From contig JBMDXB010000142.1 in assembly GCA_048594885.1 (NCBI GenBank), positions 2,148 through 66,147 of the forward strand: 64,000 bases of DNA, written 5' to 3'. A program made the position numbers and the translations under genes. The notes under the pieces are model-generated. The model did no database searches and was not told the DNA's origin. It saw only the letters and a program-made list of their open reading frames with translations. The DNA is from Vicinamibacterales bacterium. Lineage in GTDB: Bacteria > Acidobacteriota > Vicinamibacteria > Vicinamibacterales > 2-12-FULL-66-21. Shown here piece by piece: positions 52,914 to 63,771 of this stretch (positions within the stretch are counted from its first letter, which is position 1; each line of letters opens with the position of its first letter).

Positions 52914-54335
52914 CTATGCCTGGAACTTCTCGGTTTTGTGCGCAAAGCCGTTTTCGTCGACGTACGTCACGGACACGGACGGGCCGTCGATGTCCGCGAC
53001 CGCGTGCCCGAACAGCGCCCATTTTTCGAGTCCCTTGTCGATGAAGCTGCGGTACTCGTAATTCCCCGGCTTCGGATACGGGTCGTTCTCTTTGTGCGAC
53101 ATGTACACGGGGACGCCGCCGTGACCGATGCACCGGCCGAACTGGACCCCGTTGAACGAATCGAACAGCATGCAGCGGTGTTCGTGACCCCAGAACCAGG
53201 CCTTCACGCGATTCGAGGCCAGCACGTTCGACAGCCGGTCGGGGATGATCGTTCCCGCTTGTTCATACGCGCTGAAGGGCTGGTGATGACTGAGGAGCAG
53301 GAGCTGTCTGGTGTCGCCCTGCGCCGCATCGTGGAGCCACTTCGCCTGCGGCGCTTCGAGGCCGCCGTCCTCCCATGCCGTGTCGAGACCGACGATGCGC
53401 CAGGAGTCGTTGAAGAGGCTGAAGTAGCTGCAGCGTGCCTGTCGAGCGAAACGCGGATCGGCAAGCAGCGTGTCGTAGAAGCCGTGGCCGCCGGAGTACA
53501 TGTCGTGGTTGCCGTTCAAACACCACGATCCGACGCGATCGCTTTCTTCCGGGCGCACCGGCCAGTACGGCAGGAATCGCTTCTGGTACTCGGACGCCCA
53601 TCCGGAGTAGTACACGTCGCCGAGGTGGAGGACGTGCACTTCCCGTCCCTCGTCGAGGCCCTGCTGGACGCTGCGCCGCATTTCGGCGGCGACCTTCTGC
53701 GCGCGCGGCAGTCCCGACCCCCAGTCGCCGACCATCACGAGACGCGCACGCTCGGCCAGCCGGATCGGTGCCGGGGGCTGGTCATTGAACTTCTTCTTGT
53801 CGCGGAGCTTTCTGATGCCCATCGCGAAGACTGAGCTCACCCAGCCGGGATCGGTGATGGAGAACTTGTCGAAGAGGCGGCGTCCGGCGGCCCGGCGTGC
53901 CGACACACCGGGCAGCGACTGCGTCGTCACGGCAACCTCTTCGTCGCGGCCGCCGCGCCGGCCTGACGGCTTTCGCCGATCGTCGGGCTGCGGCTCCTCG
54001 ACGGCGCGAGACTGCCAGTACTCGTCGAGCGCCGACTGCAGGTTGCTGATGATCGGATCGCGGCTGAAGAAAGAGAAGTCGTCGAGCGGCGCGGGTGGCG
54101 CGCTGCGGCGACCGGTCGGCTGCGGCGGAAAGCTCGGCTGTCCGCTGGATGCAGCCCGCTCCGCTTTCTCGGCCTGCTCGAGCCGCGCGAGCGCCTCCGC
54201 GTAGTCCTCCGGCGTAAGCTCGACAGCAGCGGGAGCCGACGGCTCCGCCCGTGTCGTAACCGTTTGCGTCAGTTGTTTCTTGACGGTCTCGAGGTGATCG
54301 AGAACCGTGTCCCGATGGAGTACTTGCGCAAGCAT
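52914..54335 (-). CDS. Calcineurin-like metallophosphoesterase with N-terminal coiled-coil/Pro-rich extension
   Basis: GDWGSG, GDVYY, GNHD and GHEH motifs. The ATG at 54335 has an AGGAGA RBS. An alternative start lies at 54371. Confidence 0.75.
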   Translation of the reverse strand: MLAQVLHRDTVLDHLETVKKQLTQTVTTRAEPSAPAAVELTPEDYAEALARLEQAEKAERAASSGQPSFPPQPTGRRSAPPAPLDDFSFFSRDPIISNLQSALDEYWQSRAVEEPQPDDRRKPSGRRGGRDEEVAVTTQSLPGVSARRAAGRRLFDKFSITDPGWVSSVFAMGIRKLRDKKKFNDQPPAPIRLAERARLVMVGDWGSGLPRAQKVAAEMRRSVQQGLDEGREVHVLHLGDVYYSGWASEYQKRFLPYWPVRPEESDRVGSWCLNGNHDMYSGGHGFYDTLLADPRFARQARCSYFSLFNDSWRIVGLDTAWEDGGLEAPQAKWLHDAAQGDTRQLLLLSHHQPFSAYEQAGTIIPDRLSNVLASNRVKAWFWGHEHRCMLFDSFNGVQFGRCIGHGGVPVYMSHKENDPYPKPGNYEYRSFIDKGLEKWALFGHAVADIDGPSVSVTYVDENGFAHKTEKFQA

Positions 54336-54416
54336 GCCGACTCTCCTGCGCAGCTCCGCAGCGAGCGCCATGCTACACCAACGGCGAAGAGGCAGGATGG
54401 CGATTTTGCCACGCGA

Positions 54417-56891
54417 TTACTGATCGTTCAGCGCGATCAGCGGATCGATGCGAGCGGCGCGGCCGGCGGGCATGCTGCAGGCCGTCAAGGCGACCAGGCC
54501 GAGCACGATCGCGACCAGGGCGAGGACCAGCGGATCGGTCGCTGCGACACCGTACAGCTGCGCCTCGACGAAGCGGCGAACGCCGAACGCGCCGGCCAAT
54601 CCGAGCCCAACGCCCACTGCGAGCAGCGCCGCTCCTTCCCTGAGCACGAGCGCGAAGATGCCGCGGGCGGTGCTGCCGAGCGCAAGGCGGATTCCGATCT
54701 CCTTGCGTCGCTGAGTGACCTGGTACGCCAGCACGCCGTAGATGCCGACGGCCGCAAGGAACATTGCGACGGCGCCGAAGGCGGCAGCGAGCAGCATCGG
54801 CGTCCTGCGCGAGACGAGCGATTCGTCGACGCGCTCCTGCATCGGGCGCACGCTGAAGAACGGCAGCTCCGGATCGATGGCTGCCAGCCGCTGCCGGATC
54901 GACGTTGTCAGCGCCGCGACATCGCCTGACGCCTGCGTCACCAGCGTCATCCCGCCGCGCTCGGCCTGAGCAAAGGGGAAGTAGTACATGCCGACCGGCT
55001 CCCGCTCGGTCAACCCGGTGACGCGCACGTTTCCGACCACACCCACGACCGTGTAGTACTTCGTGTTCGGGCCGGGGCCCTGCTGCAGCTCCTGGGCCGA
55101 TTCCGGCTGCCACAATCGGCGTCCGATCGGATCCCGCTCTCCCCAGAACCTCTTCGCCAGCCGTGCGTCGACGATGATCACCTTCGGCGCACGTTGGTCG
55201 TCCGAGTCCGCAAACAGCCGGCCGCGGACGAGCGGGATCGACATGGCCTCGAAGTATCCCGGCGACACGGCGACGTTGAATGGTGAGATCAGCGACTCGC
55301 CCGGAGACATCACGTAGCCTTCGGCGAGGATGACGCTGTCGCTATAGTTGCCGCCGAACGGCAGGGTGCTCGTGACGCCCGCCGCCCGCACGCCGGGCAG
55401 CGAGCGAACGGCCGGCAGGAGCCGATTCCAGAACGCGATGCGCTGCGCGTTCTCCGGGTACCGCGATGGCGGCGGACTGACGATGCCCGTCAGGACGCGA
55501 TCTGGCTCGAAGCCGGGGTTCACGCGGAGCACGCGTTGAAAGCTCGCCAGCAGGAGGCCCGCTCCGATGAGCAGCATGAACGCGAACGCGATCTGCGCTG
55601 CCACCAGCACGCGGCGCACGGCCCGCGCGCCGCGTCCTGCGGTACCGGTTCGTCCGTCTTCGCGGAACGCCTGACTCAGGTTCATGTGACGGATGCCGAG
55701 CACCGGCAGGACTCCTATCGTCATGCCGATGATCGCGGCGGCTGCCACTGTCGCCATCACGACGATGCCATCGATCCCCACCGCGGTGCCTTGCGGCGTT
55801 CGATCGAGCGACACGGTCGAAAGCAGCCGCACCGCGGCGTACGCGAGCGCGAGGCCAAGGACCGATCCGCCGGTCGCGATGAGGAGACTCTCGGTCAGGA
55901 GCTGTCGTGCGAGCCGGGCGAGGCCGGCGCCGAGCGCGTGCCGGGTCGCCAGCTCCTTCACCCGCGCCGTCGAGCGCACGAGCATCAGGTTGGTCACGTT
56001 CACCACGCCGATGAGGAGCACGAACGCGGCGCCGCCCCAGAGCAGATAGAGCGTGCTCCGCATGCTGCGGACCAGGTATTCATGAAGCGGAACGACGACT
56101 GTGTGAAAGCCGGCGTTGATCAGAATCTGCTTCAATGCGGGGAAGCGATCCAGATTGCGCGCGTTCAGGGCGTCGATCTGCTGGCGCGCTTGTTCTAAGG
56201 TCGCACCTGGCTTCAGGCGCGCGAGATAGGACCAGTTGTTGCTGTGCCGCGACTCGTCCGAACGGTCGCTGGCGGAGAACGCCACCGGCAGCCAGACGCG
56301 CACGTCCGGATCGAGAAACGTGAAATCCTGCGGCAGCACGCCAATCACCACGAAGGGCTCGCCGTTGATGCGAACGTCCTTGCCGATCGCATCGTCGCGG
56401 CCGCCGAACCACGCCTGCCACGACGCGTACGTCAGCACCGCCTTGCGCGTATTGCCTTCCTGGCCGTCGGCGTCGTCGAACACGCGCCCCTTCAACGGCT
56501 TGACCCGAAGCAGCCGAAGCAGAGAGGGTGTTCCGAGCATCGACACGACCCGCTGCGGATCGCCCATGCCGCCAATCGTGACTCCGCGTGTGTTGTAGAG
56601 CGCCTGTTCCTGGAACACGTCGGTTTCGCGCAGGCGGTCGAAATAGTCGGGGACGCCGGTCGATCCGCGATCGTCCGCCAACCCGGCGCCCGGGTAGGCG
56701 TTGTACATGTGCACAAGCTGTTCGGGCTCCGGCACTGGCAGCGGCCGCAGAAGCACGGAGTGCACGATGGCGAACATGGCGGCGTTCGCGCCGACGCAGA
56801 TGGCAAGAGTCAGGATGGTGGTGACGGTGAATCCGCGATCTCGAGCGAGCACACGGATCGCGAATCTGAGATCTTCCCGGAGGCGTTCCAT
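54417..56891 (-). CDS. ADOP-family FtsX/MacB-like permease (no adjacent PadR)
   Basis: 824 aa, N-terminus [43 protein letters not shown]. Confidence 0.85.
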   Translation of the reverse strand: MERLREDLRFAIRVLARDRGFTVTTILTLAICVGANAAMFAIVHSVLLRPLPVPEPEQLVHMYNAYPGAGLADDRGSTGVPDYFDRLRETDVFQEQALYNTRGVTIGGMGDPQRVVSMLGTPSLLRLLRVKPLKGRVFDDADGQEGNTRKAVLTYASWQAWFGGRDDAIGKDVRINGEPFVVIGVLPQDFTFLDPDVRVWLPVAFSASDRSDESRHSNNWSYLARLKPGATLEQARQQIDALNARNLDRFPALKQILINAGFHTVVVPLHEYLVRSMRSTLYLLWGGAAFVLLIGVVNVTNLMLVRSTARVKELATRHALGAGLARLARQLLTESLLIATGGSVLGLALAYAAVRLLSTVSLDRTPQGTAVGIDGIVVMATVAAAAIIGMTIGVLPVLGIRHMNLSQAFREDGRTGTAGRGARAVRRVLVAAQIAFAFMLLIGAGLLLASFQRVLRVNPGFEPDRVLTGIVSPPPSRYPENAQRIAFWNRLLPAVRSLPGVRAAGVTSTLPFGGNYSDSVILAEGYVMSPGESLISPFNVAVSPGYFEAMSIPLVRGRLFADSDDQRAPKVIIVDARLAKRFWGERDPIGRRLWQPESAQELQQGPGPNTKYYTVVGVVGNVRVTGLTEREPVGMYYFPFAQAERGGMTLVTQASGDVAALTTSIRQRLAAIDPELPFFSVRPMQERVDESLVSRRTPMLLAAAFGAVAMFLAAVGIYGVLAYQVTQRRKEIGIRLALGSTARGIFALVLREGAALLAVGVGLGLAGAFGVRRFVEAQLYGVAATDPLVLALVAIVLGLVALTACSMPAGRAARIDPLIALNDQ

Positions 56892-57125
56892 TCCCGTCTA
56901 TACGCTGCAAGCCGCCGCCGGGATGCGTGATTCGCGTGGCGCCGCCCTTCCGCCTTCGCTGAAGCTCCGGCGGACCGCCGTAGCCTTGGCGGAGGCTGGT
57001 CAGGGCTGCCCGCGGCCGTCCTCGACGCTGCTCGGCACGGCCCTGGTCCTGTCCAAGGGCCGTGATGCAGGCCTGAAGGCCTGCGCTACGAGCCGGGCGC
57101 GGCGTCTGGCACGTGTCCGGCGGCG

Positions 57126-58421
57126 TTAGAAGATGAAGAAGACCTCGCCGCCGCCACCGCCGAACCGCGGATTGACGACGTTGTTGAAGATCGAGCCGAA
57201 GGAATAGCTGACGTTCAGGCTGACCGAATAGCGGTAGCCCGTTGCGAGCTGACGCTGGCGGACGAGGATCTCCTCGGGCGTCGCGCCGCCGCGCGGCAGA
57301 TAGATCTGATCGCGCGTGCGCGAGATGCTCGCGAACATCCCGACCGAGAATCCCTTGAACAGCCGTACGTCGGCGCTGCCGAACGACGTGACGTTGTACT
57401 TGTCCGGCTTGCTCAGATACTGCGAGAACGTCACGTCGCCGAAGAGGCTGCCCCACGGCTGACGCATGCTGATCGACGTCGACAGCCGGTGATCCATCAA
57501 CTGCTCGGACGTCTTCTCGAAGATCGTCTCCTCCTCGTAATCGAACGCGTTGTGTCCGATCGTGTACTGCACGGTGAACATGCGGCGCGTGGACTCCGAG
57601 TACGGGAAGAAGTCGTACTCGACGCCTCCGGCGAGCCGCGTGCGCATGTCGTAGTTGAAGAAGGTGGAGACGGTGTAGGTGCCGAGCGCCGCGGCCGACC
57701 AGTGCTCCGTCAGGCTCTTGACGAGACGTCCGCTCGCGTCGACGTTGCGTGAGATCGACTTGAACGTCTCCGTCTCACTGAGCTCGAAGGTGCTGTCGCG
57801 GTAGCTGGCGCTCGTCGAGAACCCGAATTTCCAGTCCGGCGTCGTCCGGTTGGCCGAGATGCTTGCGCGAAGCGACTTGCTGTTGTTGGACCGCTCGCCG
57901 CTGAAGCTGCTGCCGAAGCTGGTCCTGAAGACCCAGAGGTTCCAGGGATCCTTCTTCGGATCCGCGGCCTGCTCGCCGCCGGCGGGGGCCGTGAACGTGA
58001 TCTTCAAGCGGGAACCGAGCGGCGTTTCGGCCACGTAGCGGACCAGACCGCGTTTGAGCACTTCGGCGACGGCGCGGCGCCGCTCGTCGTCGGTCGCCGT
58101 CTGCGGCACGATTTCGGTCAGCGTCTGCTCGACGCCCGCGAACCGCCCCTGGCCGATGAATTTGAGCGTGTATTCGGTTCCGCCGCCCCCCGTGCTCTGC
58201 GTCGTGACGAGCACGTGCAGGTCCGCATCCTTCCGGTCGCGCATGTAATCGACGAACGTAATCTCGGTTCGGAAGAACGTCTCGTCGCACCAGTCGCAGT
58301 CGATGAAGAGGCGAAGAGCGCCGGTGCGCCCGCCCGCGGCCGTCTCCTGAGCGATTGCAGGCGTGGAAAGCCCGAACAGGAGCGCAAGAGCGGCGGCCAA
58401 CGCGCGCAGGGGCGGGAGCAT
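57126..58421 (-). CDS. Hypothetical outer-membrane beta-barrel protein (paralog 1), C-terminal ...EVFFIF
   Basis: Signal peptide, N-terminal CxxC ([35 protein letters not shown]), an alternating beta pattern and a terminal Phe. Confidence 0.6.
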   Translation of the reverse strand: MLPPLRALAAALALLFGLSTPAIAQETAAGGRTGALRLFIDCDWCDETFFRTEITFVDYMRDRKDADLHVLVTTQSTGGGGTEYTLKFIGQGRFAGVEQTLTEIVPQTATDDERRRAVAEVLKRGLVRYVAETPLGSRLKITFTAPAGGEQAADPKKDPWNLWVFRTSFGSSFSGERSNNSKSLRASISANRTTPDWKFGFSTSASYRDSTFELSETETFKSISRNVDASGRLVKSLTEHWSAAALGTYTVSTFFNYDMRTRLAGGVEYDFFPYSESTRRMFTVQYTIGHNAFDYEEETIFEKTSEQLMDHRLSTSISMRQPWGSLFGDVTFSQYLSKPDKYNVTSFGSADVRLFKGFSVGMFASISRTRDQIYLPRGGATPEEILVRQRQLATGYRYSVSLNVSYSFGSIFNNVVNPRFGGGGGEVFFIF

Positions 58422-58465
58422 ACGCCCCTTAGACGTGGCCGGCCCCCGTTTTGATGGGAAAACCG

Positions 58466-59728
58466 CTAGCCGCCCTCGCGAAATCTCGGATTGACGACGT
58501 TGTTGAAGATGGACCCGAAGGTGTAGGTCACGCCCGCGGACAGGCGGTAGCGATACGACGTCGCGAGCTGCCGTCGCCGCAGCAGGATCTCCTCGTCCGT
58601 CGCGTCGCCGGCGCGCAGGTACAACTGGTCGCGGATTCTCGACACCGACCCATCCAGGTTCAGCGACAGCCCCTTGAAGAGCCGCACGTCGATGTCGCCG
58701 AACACCGCCACGCGGTGACGCCCCGGATCGTGGAAGTAGGTGGACGCCTCGACCGATAGTCCGCTGCTGCCCCACGGTTGCCGGACATCGAACGACGAGA
58801 GATAGATCACACTGCCGGCCGTCTCGCGATCCTTGCCGTAGATCGTCGTCTCCATGTAGTCGAAGTTCGTGACCGCAACCGTCAACTGGTTGACCAGTTG
58901 CCGCCGGCTCGACTCCGAGTAGGGGAAGAAGTTGTATTCGACACCTCCGGCGACGCGCACGGCACGATCCTGGTTGACGAAGGTCGACGAGCTCACGCGC
59001 GCACGGGCGGCGGCGGCCCAATGCGTGCCCACGCTGCGGACGATCATCGCCCCGGCGCTGTGATCGTGCGACGTGTCCGTCAGCGTCTCGCCGTCGCTCA
59101 GCGTGAAGACGTTCTCGCGGAAATTCAGGTTCACCGAGCCGCTGATCTTCCACGCCTCGGTCGTCCGGTTCGCCGACACGGACGTCGAGACGTTGCGCGC
59201 GCTGTTGCTGCGCTCGCCGTTGATCGAGCCGCTTCCGCGTATGCGGAAAATCCAGTAGTTCCACGGATCGGTGGTCGGCGTCGTGGCGCCGCCCGGGGAC
59301 TGCGCGGGCGGTCGGTACACGAGCTGGAGATTGTCCGCCAGCGCGGTGGACGTGACGTAGCGGACGAGGCCGAGCTTCAGAATCCGCGTGTAGCCGCGCC
59401 GGCGGTCGTCGTCGGTGTCGTTCTGTGCCGACGTGTACCGCAGCTCGTCGTCGATGCCGGCGAAGCGCTGCAGGCCGATGAACTCGAAGACCCACTCGAG
59501 CCCGCCGCTGCCGGTCCCTTGCGTGGTGACGAGGATGTGCAGATCCGCATCCTTGCGGTCGCGGACGTAGTCCACGAACGAAATTTCGCGGCGGAGGTAA
59601 TCGAAGTCACAGCGCGGGCAATCGAGAAAGACCCGAAGCGTGTCACGCGGCTGTGCCGCGGCGTCCGGCTGGGCCGCCGCGGCGAGTGGCATGGCAATCA
59701 GTGCCAGGAATACGAACGTACGAATCAC
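58466..59728 (-). CDS. Hypothetical outer-membrane beta-barrel protein (paralog 2 of the preceding gene)
   Basis: About 45% identical to the neighbour, with the same CxxC ... [21 protein letters not shown]-terminus and [11 protein letters not shown]-terminus. Confidence 0.6.
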   Translation of the reverse strand: MIRTFVFLALIAMPLAAAAQPDAAAQPRDTLRVFLDCPRCDFDYLRREISFVDYVRDRKDADLHILVTTQGTGSGGLEWVFEFIGLQRFAGIDDELRYTSAQNDTDDDRRRGYTRILKLGLVRYVTSTALADNLQLVYRPPAQSPGGATTPTTDPWNYWIFRIRGSGSINGERSNSARNVSTSVSANRTTEAWKISGSVNLNFRENVFTLSDGETLTDTSHDHSAGAMIVRSVGTHWAAAARARVSSSTFVNQDRAVRVAGGVEYNFFPYSESSRRQLVNQLTVAVTNFDYMETTIYGKDRETAGSVIYLSSFDVRQPWGSSGLSVEASTYFHDPGRHRVAVFGDIDVRLFKGLSLNLDGSVSRIRDQLYLRAGDATDEEILLRRRQLATSYRYRLSAGVTYTFGSIFNNVVNPRFREGG

Positions 59729-61077
59729 TATTGAGTTGAGCGGCCTCGCCCCTGAGGCGTATCTGCGATTGAAACGATGCGCCCGTCGACGAACACGTGA
59801 CGGACGCGGACCTTCTCGTCGAACAGCTCTCCCTGCGTTACGACGAGGTTCGCGAGTTTTCCTTTCTCGAGCGATCCAACGCGGTCGGCAACGCCGGCAA
59901 TACGTGCCGCATCGATCGTCAGCGCGCGAATGGCCGCGTCGGCCGGCAGGCCTTCCTTCACCACGCGTGCGGCGTTTCGGAGAAAGTCGCGCGGCTCGCG
60001 AAGGCCGCTCGAGGCGAAGGCGAAGCGGACGCCTGCCTTTTCGAGCGCCACCGGCACCTTCGGCGCCTGCGCCCGCAGCCGCAGCTCGCGCAGAGGCTCG
60101 TCTGCGTCGGGCGCCAGCGTTCTCGACCGCGTCGGGAAGTTCAGGCTGTAGACGACCCTGGCGTTGCGAGCTTTCAGATCGGCCGCGACGGTGTCCGCTT
60201 CGCGCCCGCCGGTGATCACCGGGTCCAGCGTGAACTCCTTCGCCATGTCGAGCGCCCGCAGAATCTCGCGCGTCGCGTCCGCCTCGAACGCAACGGGGAG
60301 CCGCCCCGCCAGCGCCGGCTGCATCGCGTCGAGCGCCGGGTCGTAGATCGGCCGCGGCCCGGTCTTCGCCTTGTCGTAGTGCTGCTGCTGGAGCTGGTGA
60401 TGCCGCGCGTCGAGGAACGTCTGCCGAACGAACGCGATGGTGCCCATCAGCGACGCGGGGTAGCCGCCGCCGCGGCCGCCGCCGCCGAAGTCGACGTGCA
60501 GCGCGACCGGCGCGCGCACGACCTGCACGCCGCGCCGCGGATCCGCCGGCGCGCCGATCTGCGGGGCGTCGGGCGGCGCGGCGACGTTCACGAGCGCACT
60601 GCGTCCCTTGAAGATGCCGCTTGCCGGCGTCGCCAGCACCGCCGTCACGCCCGCCGACGCCATGCGCGCGAGCTCCGGCGCGTCCGGCCGCACCTGCGCG
60701 GCGGCGTCGAGATCCGGCCGCAGAATCACGCTGCGCCTGAATCGCTCCGCTTCTTCCGTCGTCCTGAAGGTCGCCGGCGCCACCGGCGCAGCGGGGTCGA
60801 TGCCGGCGCTGTTACCCATGTCGATCAGACCGGGATACACCGTCAGTCCCGCGCCGTCGATGACGACGGCTTCCGCCGGCGCCTGCACGTCGGCGCCGAC
60901 CGCCTCGATGAGGCCGTCGCGCAGCACGATCGTTCCCGACGGAATCGGCGCTCCGGCCGCCGTGACGATGCGGGCTCCCTTGATCGCGTACACCACAGGC
61001 GCGTCGGCGCGTACGCCGATGGTGAACGTCGCAACCGTCACCGCCATCCATGCGCCGAGAATCGTCTTTGTGCTCAT
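59728..61077 (-). CDS. Secreted amidohydrolase family protein
   Basis: Signal peptide plus amidohydrolase motifs (GLIDMGNS ... C-terminal GKLANLVV). Confidence 0.75.
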   Translation of the reverse strand: MSTKTILGAWMAVTVATFTIGVRADAPVVYAIKGARIVTAAGAPIPSGTIVLRDGLIEAVGADVQAPAEAVVIDGAGLTVYPGLIDMGNSAGIDPAAPVAPATFRTTEEAERFRRSVILRPDLDAAAQVRPDAPELARMASAGVTAVLATPASGIFKGRSALVNVAAPPDAPQIGAPADPRRGVQVVRAPVALHVDFGGGGRGGGYPASLMGTIAFVRQTFLDARHHQLQQQHYDKAKTGPRPIYDPALDAMQPALAGRLPVAFEADATREILRALDMAKEFTLDPVITGGREADTVAADLKARNARVVYSLNFPTRSRTLAPDADEPLRELRLRAQAPKVPVALEKAGVRFAFASSGLREPRDFLRNAARVVKEGLPADAAIRALTIDAARIAGVADRVGSLEKGKLANLVVTQGELFDEKVRVRHVFVDGRIVSIADTPQGRGRSTQ

Positions 61078-61086
61078 GTGTGGCTC

Positions 61087-63771
61087 CTACGGTCTTGCGA
61101 TGTACTTCCGGTACAGCGCGTCATGCTTGTTATCGACGCCGACGTCCCTGCCGTTGATGACGACGTGCGTGACCTGCGTGCGAACTTCGAGGGGATCACC
61201 TTTCGCGATGAACAGGTTCGCGTCCTTGCCGGCCTCGAGGCTGCCGACGCGATCCGCGACCCCGAGGATCTCGGCCGCGTCGATCGTGAGCGCCTTCAAC
61301 GCCTGATCGCGGTTGAGGCCCCAGGCGACGGACATCGCGGCGTGGTACGGCAGCAGGCGGACGTTGGTGTTATCGCCGGTTGCGAACGCGAACTTCACGC
61401 CGGCCTGCGCCAAACGGCCGGCGAGCTGATAGCTGTCGGCGTGGAACGCATCCTCGCGCGACGGCATCGTCAGGATGCCGCCGAGGATCACGGGAATATT
61501 CTTTTCCTGGAGCAGCGGCGCGACGTACGCGGCCTCGGCGCCGCCGCTGATGACGATTTTCACCTTCGCGCGATCGGCGAACGCGATCGCGTCTTTGATG
61601 TCCTGCTCGCGGCCGGCGTTCGTGATGAGCGGCAGCTTCCCGGTGACGACGGGGACGAGCGCCTCGAGCTCCCAGTCGATTGTCCTGCCCGCCGGCAGCT
61701 TCGAGTAGGCGCGCGCGCGATCGAGCAGCCGGATGATCTCGTCGAGTTGCCGGTCGCGCTCGCGCTTCAGATCCTCATAGGTACGATCCGGAGGCGCTCC
61801 GCCGAATCCACGCCCGCCGCCGAAGCCGCCGCGTCCACCACCGCCGCCGACCGCCGGGAAGTTGAACGCGACGCCCGCGTTCGGCCGGAGAGTCGCTTCC
61901 TCCCACGTCCAGCCGTCGAGATTCATCACCGGCACTTCGCCGCCGAAGAGACCGCCCGACGGCGCGACCGCGACCGTCGTGACGCCGTTCGCGCGCGCCA
62001 CGGGAATCGCCTCGCTCTCGGAGTGGTAGGCGACGCGCGTGCGCAGGTACTGGTTGTGTTCCAGCATCTCACTGACGTCGTCGTAGCCGCGCACGCCCGG
62101 CTCGCCGATCCCGATCGTCGTCCGCGCGTTGATGAATCCCGGGTAGACGTGGCCGCCGGCGGCGTCGATCACCTTCGCGCCCGCGGGAACCTGGACGTTG
62201 GCGCCGACGGCCTGGATCTTCCCGCCGCTGATGACGATCGTGCCGCGCTGAATCGTCGCGGCCGTGATCGGATGGATCGTCGCGTTGGTGATGGCAAGCA
62301 CACCGCCGCTCGCCGCCTGCTCTTTCCGTGGCGCCAACGGACCGGAACCCCCGGAACCCATGGAACCCCCGGAACCGTTGTCCTGTTCCTGGCTCGTGCC
62401 AGTCACCGGCGCCCGCCGTTCCGATTGCTCCGCCGCAGCGAGATCGCCCTTCAGCTTGCGCAGTTCCGTCAGCCTGCGATCCTCCGCGTTGCGGTCGTAG
62501 TAGAGCGTGCCGTCGATGTAGGTCCGCTCGACGATCGCGTAGGAGCTGAGCGGATGGTGCGTCCAGACGACGACGTCGGCGTCCTTGCCGGTTTCGAGCG
62601 AGCCGACACGGTTGTCGATGCGGAGCTGTTTCGCCGGATTGATCGTGACGAGCGCCAGCGCCTCGTCTTCGCTGAGGCCGCCCCACTTGATCGACTTGGC
62701 CGCCTCGGTGTTCAGCCGGCGCGCGTGCTCCGCGCTGTCGGAGTTGATCGACACCAGCACGCCCGTGCGCACCATGATCGCGGCGTTGTGCGGGATGGCA
62801 TCGGCCGCCTCGATCTTGTAGCCCCACCAGTCGGAGAACGTGGAGGCGCCGGCGCCGTGCGCGGCGATCTCCTTCGCCACCTTGTAGCCCTCGAGTACGT
62901 GCTGGAAGGTCGCGATCTTGAAGCCCATCTCCTCGGCGAGGCGGATCAGCATCAGGATCTCGTCGGCGCGGTAGCAGTGCGCGTGCACGAGGCGCTTGCC
63001 GTCGAGGATCTCGACGAGCGGCTCGAGCTGGAGGTCACGACGCGGCGGCAGCACGCTCTGGCCGGCGGCTTTCTTCTTCTCGTAGTCCTGCCAGTCTTTC
63101 TTGTAGGCCTTCGCACGCGTGAACGCGTCGCGGATGACGTACTCGACGCCCGCGCGTGTAATCGGATACCGCTGCGGGGTCGTCCGCTGCCCGAGCGTGA
63201 TGTCCTTGGGGTTTTCGCCGAGCGCGAACTTGATGCCGGGCATCGCGCCCTCGAAGAGCAGTTCTTCGGGCCGCGTCTTGCCCCAGCGCAGCTTGATGAC
63301 CGCGTTCTTGCCACCGATCGGGTTGGCGCTGCCGTGCAGCACGTTCGCCGTCGTCAGGCCGCCGCCGAGATCGCGATAGATGCTGACGTCGGTCGGATCG
63401 AGCACGTCCTCGATCCCGGTCATCGAGCTGACGGTCGTGCCGCCTTCATTGATTGCGTCGGCGGCGATGTGCGAGTGGGCGTCGATGATGCCGGGCGAGA
63501 CGAACTTGCCGGTGACGTCGATCACCTCGGCGTTCGCCGGGATGTTGACGTTCGCTCCGACCGCCGCGATCTTGCCGTCACGCAGCAGCACGGTGCCGCT
63601 GCGGATCGTCCCTTTTGTCACCGTCACGACGGTGCCGCCCTTGAGCGCGACAATTCCGGAACGAGTCGAGGCCGCAGAGGGAGCCTGGCCTGACAGCCTC
63701 GGCGCAAGCGGCAGCATGAAAACGACGGCGGCCAGCGCGACGATGAGCAGCGATAGACGTCGACCTCTCAC
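61087..63771 (-). CDS. Large secreted amidohydrolase family protein (two amidohydrolase-like modules joined by a Gly/Ser linker)
   Basis: GIIDAHSHI and GFINARTTIG motifs. The GTG start at 63771 has a GGGAGGA RBS and the protein has a signal peptide. Confidence 0.7.
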   Translation of the reverse strand: MRGRRLSLLIVALAAVVFMLPLAPRLSGQAPSAASTRSGIVALKGGTVVTVTKGTIRSGTVLLRDGKIAAVGANVNIPANAEVIDVTGKFVSPGIIDAHSHIAADAINEGGTTVSSMTGIEDVLDPTDVSIYRDLGGGLTTANVLHGSANPIGGKNAVIKLRWGKTRPEELLFEGAMPGIKFALGENPKDITLGQRTTPQRYPITRAGVEYVIRDAFTRAKAYKKDWQDYEKKKAAGQSVLPPRRDLQLEPLVEILDGKRLVHAHCYRADEILMLIRLAEEMGFKIATFQHVLEGYKVAKEIAAHGAGASTFSDWWGYKIEAADAIPHNAAIMVRTGVLVSINSDSAEHARRLNTEAAKSIKWGGLSEDEALALVTINPAKQLRIDNRVGSLETGKDADVVVWTHHPLSSYAIVERTYIDGTLYYDRNAEDRRLTELRKLKGDLAAAEQSERRAPVTGTSQEQDNGSGGSMGSGGSGPLAPRKEQAASGGVLAITNATIHPITAATIQRGTIVISGGKIQAVGANVQVPAGAKVIDAAGGHVYPGFINARTTIGIGEPGVRGYDDVSEMLEHNQYLRTRVAYHSESEAIPVARANGVTTVAVAPSGGLFGGEVPVMNLDGWTWEEATLRPNAGVAFNFPAVGGGGGRGGFGGGRGFGGAPPDRTYEDLKRERDRQLDEIIRLLDRARAYSKLPAGRTIDWELEALVPVVTGKLPLITNAGREQDIKDAIAFADRAKVKIVISGGAEAAYVAPLLQEKNIPVILGGILTMPSREDAFHADSYQLAGRLAQAGVKFAFATGDNTNVRLLPYHAAMSVAWGLNRDQALKALTIDAAEILGVADRVGSLEAGKDANLFIAKGDPLEVRTQVTHVVINGRDVGVDNKHDALYRKYIARP

